From the IMG/VR virus record IMGVR_UViG_3300035501_000922: a stretch of DNA of 64,000 bases; one strand, written 5' to 3'. The position numbers and the translations under genes were made by a program. Positions 59,685-64,000 of this stretch are shown one piece after another. Each line of letters opens with the position of its first letter. Position 1 is the first letter of the stretch. Below the pieces are notes generated by a model. That model was given only the letters and a program-made list of their open reading frames with translations, ran no database searches and was not told the DNA's origin. This stretch comes from a virus (Duplodnaviria > Caudoviricetes).

Positions 59685-59942
59685 AATACCATTCTCCTTT
59701 TAAAGTATTTTATTTAATTACAGGTATAAAACCTATTAATTACATTGTAACTGTAATAATTGAATTACAAGATTTTTATTAGTGATATACTAATTATCAT
59801 ACTTATCATAATTATAAATACTGCTGCATACTGAGTACCCAGTTCTGTCTTTATTACATATAACAAATATGATATAAGTAAAGCGGCTAAAGCCGCAAGT
59901 ATAATAATAAATATTACAGTAACTGCAACAAGCATTTGTCAT

Positions 59943-61958
59943 TCACCCTTTCTTTATTTTCGTCCTATCATCACTGTGTTTTATAAACCAATCATGACAA
60001 GAGAAATCACCTTTTTGCTTATGCCATATGCCCTTTTTATCCATGACAAATGAGTTTCTTTTATCCTCTTTATATACATCAATCATCCATTGCAGTTGCT
60101 CAACTACAGAAGAATCTTTTAATGATATTAAAGTCTCAACTCGTTTATCAAGATTACGGGTTAATAAATCTGCGGAAGATATATAGTATTCATGGTTATT
60201 ACCATTCTTAAAATAATAGATTCTACTATGCTCAAGAAATCTTCCTACAATAGATTTTATAAATAGATTTTTTCTCGGTACTATACTGCAAACTCCTCTG
60301 CATACAATATATACCTTTACTCCTTTATCGGCAGCTTCATAAATTTTATTAGCCATAATCTTATCTGACAATGAATTTATCTTCATAAAGATTTCAGCCT
60401 TTTTACCATTCTTTGCAAAAGTTATTTCTCTATCTATGCAATTAATGAGTCTTTTACGAAGCGTTACAGGTGAATAATAAATTTTCTGCAGTTTCTCATC
60501 AGGATTTGAATGTCCTGACAAGATATTGAAAATATGCAATAAATCAATACCAATCTTTTGCTTACTGGTAAAGTAAGATAAATCGGTATAAAGTCTTGCA
60601 GTCTTTTCATTATAGTTTCCTGTTGCTACATGTGAGTAAACGCAAAGCTTATTATTTTCATTTCGAATGATAACACATAATTTACAATGTGTTTTTAAAT
60701 ACTCCATACCTAAAATAACAGTAACGCCAGCATTCTGTAATTTAGATATCAATCGAATATTATTTTCTTCATCAAAACGAGCTTTAATTTCAACCAACAC
60801 TGAAACTTTCTTACCATTTTTAGATGCTTTACAAAGTGCATCAACTATTGGTGAATCAATAGATGATACTCTATAAAGTGTTTGTTTAATAGCAACGACA
60901 TCTTTATCATTTGCTGCATGTTGAATAAACTTAACGACTGTATCATAACTATCGTATGGATGTTGTAGAAGTATATCTTCGTTGCGTATAGCTTCAAACA
61001 TATTATAATAGTTTTCGTTATTTTCGTAAATGAATGGTTCAAAAGATTTATATGATTCACTAGAATCAAGTATTGGTTGACTAAACCGTTTGTAATATAG
61101 AATTTTTGAATCCGTATACACATGTCCATTTGGTATCTTAAAAATACTCATAAGAATATTCTTCAATCTTTCAGGGCTGCTACTGGATATTTCTATAAAT
61201 AATGGATTACTGTGTTCACGTTTGCGGATAGTTTCAGACATTCTGTCCACAATAAAACGACTTGTATCATGAGACAGAATGATAGAGGCATCTCTAATTA
61301 TACGAAATACACCTTTAGAGACAATGTCTTTATTGATAAAAAGCGTATCGTTCATATAGTACGTTATAATGTCCTCTATCATAATTACTTTATCACCAAT
61401 TTGATAAAGCTTATCTATCTCATTTTCAATTGGTATGATTACAACTTCTTCAATCCCATTATTCATAATCGTAACAACGATACAAAGTTCCCCAGAAGAT
61501 ATAGGAGGTATGCTGTTACAGTTACTTATATGGAGCGGAGTTAATAATGGAAATATATTTGTCATATATTCATTATAAAGATTTTCTTTTTCTTTTTTAT
61601 TAAGGTCGGATATTTTAACAAATTTTATTCCATTTTTACCAAGTTCATCTTTAAGAATTTTATATGCTTCATTTTGCATTTTCTTAAAAGATTTTATCCT
61701 CTTTAGAATATCTGAATATGGCTCATCATCTTGGTTATGATATGCATTAGCAAATCTTACAGATATAACCTCATCAAAGTTACTATCTGTTATGGCTAAG
61801 AAATTCAAACGTTCATTGAGAGGGGTATTTTTTGAGAGAGCACATGATAGAACTCTCTCATTGAAATCAATTAGTGAAAGTTCACGGTTAATAAATTTAC
61901 CGTGTACTTTTGTTTTCTTTTTGATTTCCATTTCATATGTGTTTAAGTTTAATTTCAT
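59943..61958 (-). CDS. ppk1: Polyphosphate kinase 1
   Basis: FINRELS..FNERVL, LLQHPYDSY, AIKQTLYR, EIKARFDEENN, KTHCK, HVATGNYN, GRFLEHSR, SSADL..RNLDKRVE. Confidence 0.93.
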   Translation of the reverse strand: MKLNLNTYEMEIKKKTKVHGKFINRELSLIDFNERVLSCALSKNTPLNERLNFLAITDSNFDEVISVRFANAYHNQDDEPYSDILKRIKSFKKMQNEAYKILKDELGKNGIKFVKISDLNKKEKENLYNEYMTNIFPLLTPLHISNCNSIPPISSGELCIVVTIMNNGIEEVVIIPIENEIDKLYQIGDKVIMIEDIITYYMNDTLFINKDIVSKGVFRIIRDASIILSHDTSRFIVDRMSETIRKREHSNPLFIEISSSSPERLKNILMSIFKIPNGHVYTDSKILYYKRFSQPILDSSESYKSFEPFIYENNENYYNMFEAIRNEDILLQHPYDSYDTVVKFIQHAANDKDVVAIKQTLYRVSSIDSPIVDALCKASKNGKKVSVLVEIKARFDEENNIRLISKLQNAGVTVILGMEYLKTHCKLCVIIRNENNKLCVYSHVATGNYNEKTARLYTDLSYFTSKQKIGIDLLHIFNILSGHSNPDEKLQKIYYSPVTLRKRLINCIDREITFAKNGKKAEIFMKINSLSDKIMANKIYEAADKGVKVYIVCRGVCSIVPRKNLFIKSIVGRFLEHSRIYYFKNGNNHEYYISSADLLTRNLDKRVETLISLKDSSVVEQLQWMIDVYKEDKRNSFVMDKKGIWHKQKGDFSCHDWFIKHSDDRTKIKKG

Positions 61959-62649
61959 TTATTAATACCTCTATTAAATCTTCTACATCTATAAATTGGT
62001 CTTTACGACTTGAATAAACTACAGGTTTCTTAAGCGGTGTAAGTTGATCACTACCATTGTCTTTAGCAATAACATAAAAATCAACACCGAGTAATTCTGA
62101 CCAACTTAGAAAATATGGAAGACCTGTTTTGGTTGTACCATGTAAAGCTGACCGCATATTAGAAAGAGCATATTTTTCACCCAGTTTATATTTTAATCTG
62201 TTAGTGTTAATATTCTTATTATTGATAACAGTCTTAAGCGTCTTCTTAAGAAAATCGTCATAATCGTGTATTGTTTCTACACATATGTCTGCACCATTAT
62301 TCATGGCATCTATAGCCTGTTCGTCATAAAGCACATCATCTTCGTTTGTATTTTTAACCATCACTTTCAGAGATAGATTTTTAAGATTATCTCCGTGATA
62401 TGTCTCCAATACTTTTTCATCTGGATGGGAGAACTCTTTTTCTCCTTTTTCATTCAACCAAAAATAGGGATATTCATTACTATTAATTGGTTTTCCTGAA
62501 CCTGAATAAATCCAGACTTGTTCGTTCTCGTCAATGTACCCTTTTTTATCAATGAGTACACCACTTTCTTTACTTGTTTTGCTTCGGTCTATCATACCTA
62601 CGACCGCAACAGTTTTCTCCTTGTCAACTATATATAATGGAAATTCCAT
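61933..62649 (-). CDS. Hypothetical protein (possible DNA-binding C-terminus)
   Basis: 238 aa; AAGGAG RBS; overlaps the ppk1 start. Confidence 0.6.
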   Translation of the reverse strand: MEFPLYIVDKEKTVAVVGMIDRSKTSKESGVLIDKKGYIDENEQVWIYSGSGKPINSNEYPYFWLNEKGEKEFSHPDEKVLETYHGDNLKNLSLKVMVKNTNEDDVLYDEQAIDAMNNGADICVETIHDYDDFLKKTLKTVINNKNINTNRLKYKLGEKYALSNMRSALHGTTKTGLPYFLSWSELLGVDFYVIAKDNGSDQLTPLKKPVVYSSRKDQFIDVEDLIEVLINEIKLKHI

Positions 62650-62693
62650 ATAGCATGACTCCTTTCAATATAAATTATAATAAATACACAAAA

Positions 62694-62703
62694 ATAATAT
62701 ATA
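62694..62703 (-). promoter_or_regulatory. Early-type promoter TATATATTAT upstream of the 62649/ppk1 operon
   Basis: TATATATTATTTTTGTGTA identical to the site at 12541. Confidence 0.65.
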
Positions 62704-62782
62704 ACTATTTATTGTAAAGTGGAATGAAAAATAATAAGATACTATTCAAACAAAAAAGAAGAAGAAAGAATGACTCTTGTTG

Positions 62783-63004
62783 TCATTCTTTCTTATTACC
62801 GATAACGTAACCTAACTTTCTAAGTTTGTATCTAGCTATTTCATCTGAAATATATTTTCCAATTGTAATAATCATCGATATAATTGTGAGAACAAAATAA
62901 AGTCCTACAAGTAATACAACTGACGCTAATAGAAATGGAATAATACATATTAAAATCATAGCAAATAACACACCGACTAAAAAGTTTTTAATACGTTTAA
63001 GCAT
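62783..63004 (-). CDS. Small membrane protein
   Basis: Long hydrophobic stretch, GAGGTG RBS. Confidence 0.55.
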   Translation of the reverse strand: MLKRIKNFLVGVLFAMILICIIPFLLASVVLLVGLYFVLTIISMIITIGKYISDEIARYKLRKLGYVIGNKKE

Positions 63005-63013
63005 CTTATCACC

Positions 63014-63760
63014 TCAAATATCAGGAATAGTATTAGCTTCTTCAATTTTTACATATGGACTATTTTCTATTATATCTTCATAGTCTTCTTCTTTCTTGAC
63101 GGGTTTTGGTTTTATTATTTCTTCTTCAGCATTTCGAAAAAGATTTACTGTATTAATTACTGATAATGATAACTCCATCATATCTATATGTGAAAGTTCA
63201 TAATATAAGTACTCCATTTCTTCATATGTTATATAACAAAAGTTATCATACGAATTAATACAAAACACGCAGCCTTCATAAAATTTGTTATTTATTTCAT
63301 CATCAGAAACAACACATGGTTGTAACCGTATATGTTTATTACAGGATACGAAGTCCATTGTTATTTCTTTAGATATACGATTATTTACTGTCAGTTTATC
63401 ATTCTGATAGTAGAATAATTCCTTAATTGATTTAAACTGTTTTATCATTCTTTCAAGAATTCGTATAAATAAAAATAAACTTTGTTTATTTAAGTTAACA
63501 GATTGGTTGCTACTCCAACCATCTTCAGTTGATTTAGAAATATCAATTGTAACAAATGGTCTTGGATTTATTTTTATATAATCATTTCCTAAATAATTAA
63601 ACTTGTTTACAAGTTTATTATAATTTTTTGTATCATCATTTGAATTAATTATGAGACTAAACTTTAGTTTCATAATCTTATTAATACGACCTAATTCAAT
63701 TGTCGCTTTATACATTTTTATCACCATGCTTTCTAATTTAAATATTTGTCCTAAAAACAA
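63014..63760 (-). CDS. Hypothetical protein
   Basis: ~233-248 aa; start may be ATG 63715. Confidence 0.6.
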   Translation of the reverse strand: MFLGQIFKLESMVIKMYKATIELGRINKIMKLKFSLIINSNDDTKNYNKLVNKFNYLGNDYIKINPRPFVTIDISKSTEDGWSSNQSVNLNKQSLFLFIRILERMIKQFKSIKELFYYQNDKLTVNNRISKEITMDFVSCNKHIRLQPCVVSDDEINNKFYEGCVFCINSYDNFCYITYEEMEYLYYELSHIDMMELSLSVINTVNLFRNAEEEIIKPKPVKKEEDYEDIIENSPYVKIEEANTIPDI

Positions 63761-63831
63761 TTCATATCAATTTTAATATCTATTTTTAACAAAGTAATAA
63801 CGTAAATTACTAAAGGAGATGATTAAATCAA

Positions 63832-64000
63832 ATGAAAGTAATTGTAAAATCTAAAGATTCAAAATTTAATACAGATATAGGTGAAGCATTCATAGAAGTA
63901 TCTCCCGACGGTTCCAAAGCCTGTCTCCAAGCAGTAATGAATAAAACCGGCAAAGTAATTAAATACTGTTCATTTGACACAGAAAATCCATTTGATTTAA
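63832..64000 (+). CDS. Hypothetical protein, truncated by window end
   Basis: AAGGAG RBS; late-type promoter at 63788-63799. Confidence 0.5.
   Translation, partial: MKVIVKSKDSKFNTDIGEAFIEVSPDGSKACLQAVMNKTGKVIKYCSFDTENPFDL

Noticed and set aside
1-64000. Stop-codon reassignment
   Set aside because: Long genes are intact under the standard code and all three stops end genes; the breaks are explained by introns or frameshifts.

Overview
64 kb of a very AT-rich jumbo phage genome of the phiKZ/AR9(PBS1)-like type. The host is probably a Firmicute, inferred from strong GGAGG/AAAGGAG Shine-Dalgarno sites; the standard genetic code is used. The window encodes pieces of two phage multisubunit RNA polymerases (beta'-N with NADFDGD, a second beta' with DGDYDGD, and a beta C-terminal piece), a DnaB helicase, an SbcC/Rad50 ATPase, an SF2 helicase, guanylate kinase, a full-length polyphosphate kinase PPK1, a prohead protease, baseplate proteins and a 16 kb tail-fibre block. 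Two related ORF-less group I introns split dnaB and beta'; the beta' intron appears to end in A rather than the canonical omega-G. Two phage promoter motifs can be read directly: TATATATTAT (early-like) and AACA-N6-TA (late-like). The most unusual signals are: (i) a cluster next to the prohead protease where one promoter+RBS+acidic leader cassette (MDIENELYEL) is fused to different cargo proteins, resembling a portable capsid-targeting system; (ii) orphan late-promoter/terminator units with no real ORF, two of which lie 10 kb apart and are complementary over about 44 nt, suggesting a phage RNA-RNA pairing system; (iii) the omega-A intron; (iv) ppk1 under an early-like promoter; (v) a likely -1 frameshift extending a baseplate/tail assembly gene. 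All annotations come from reading motifs by eye; no database searches were run.
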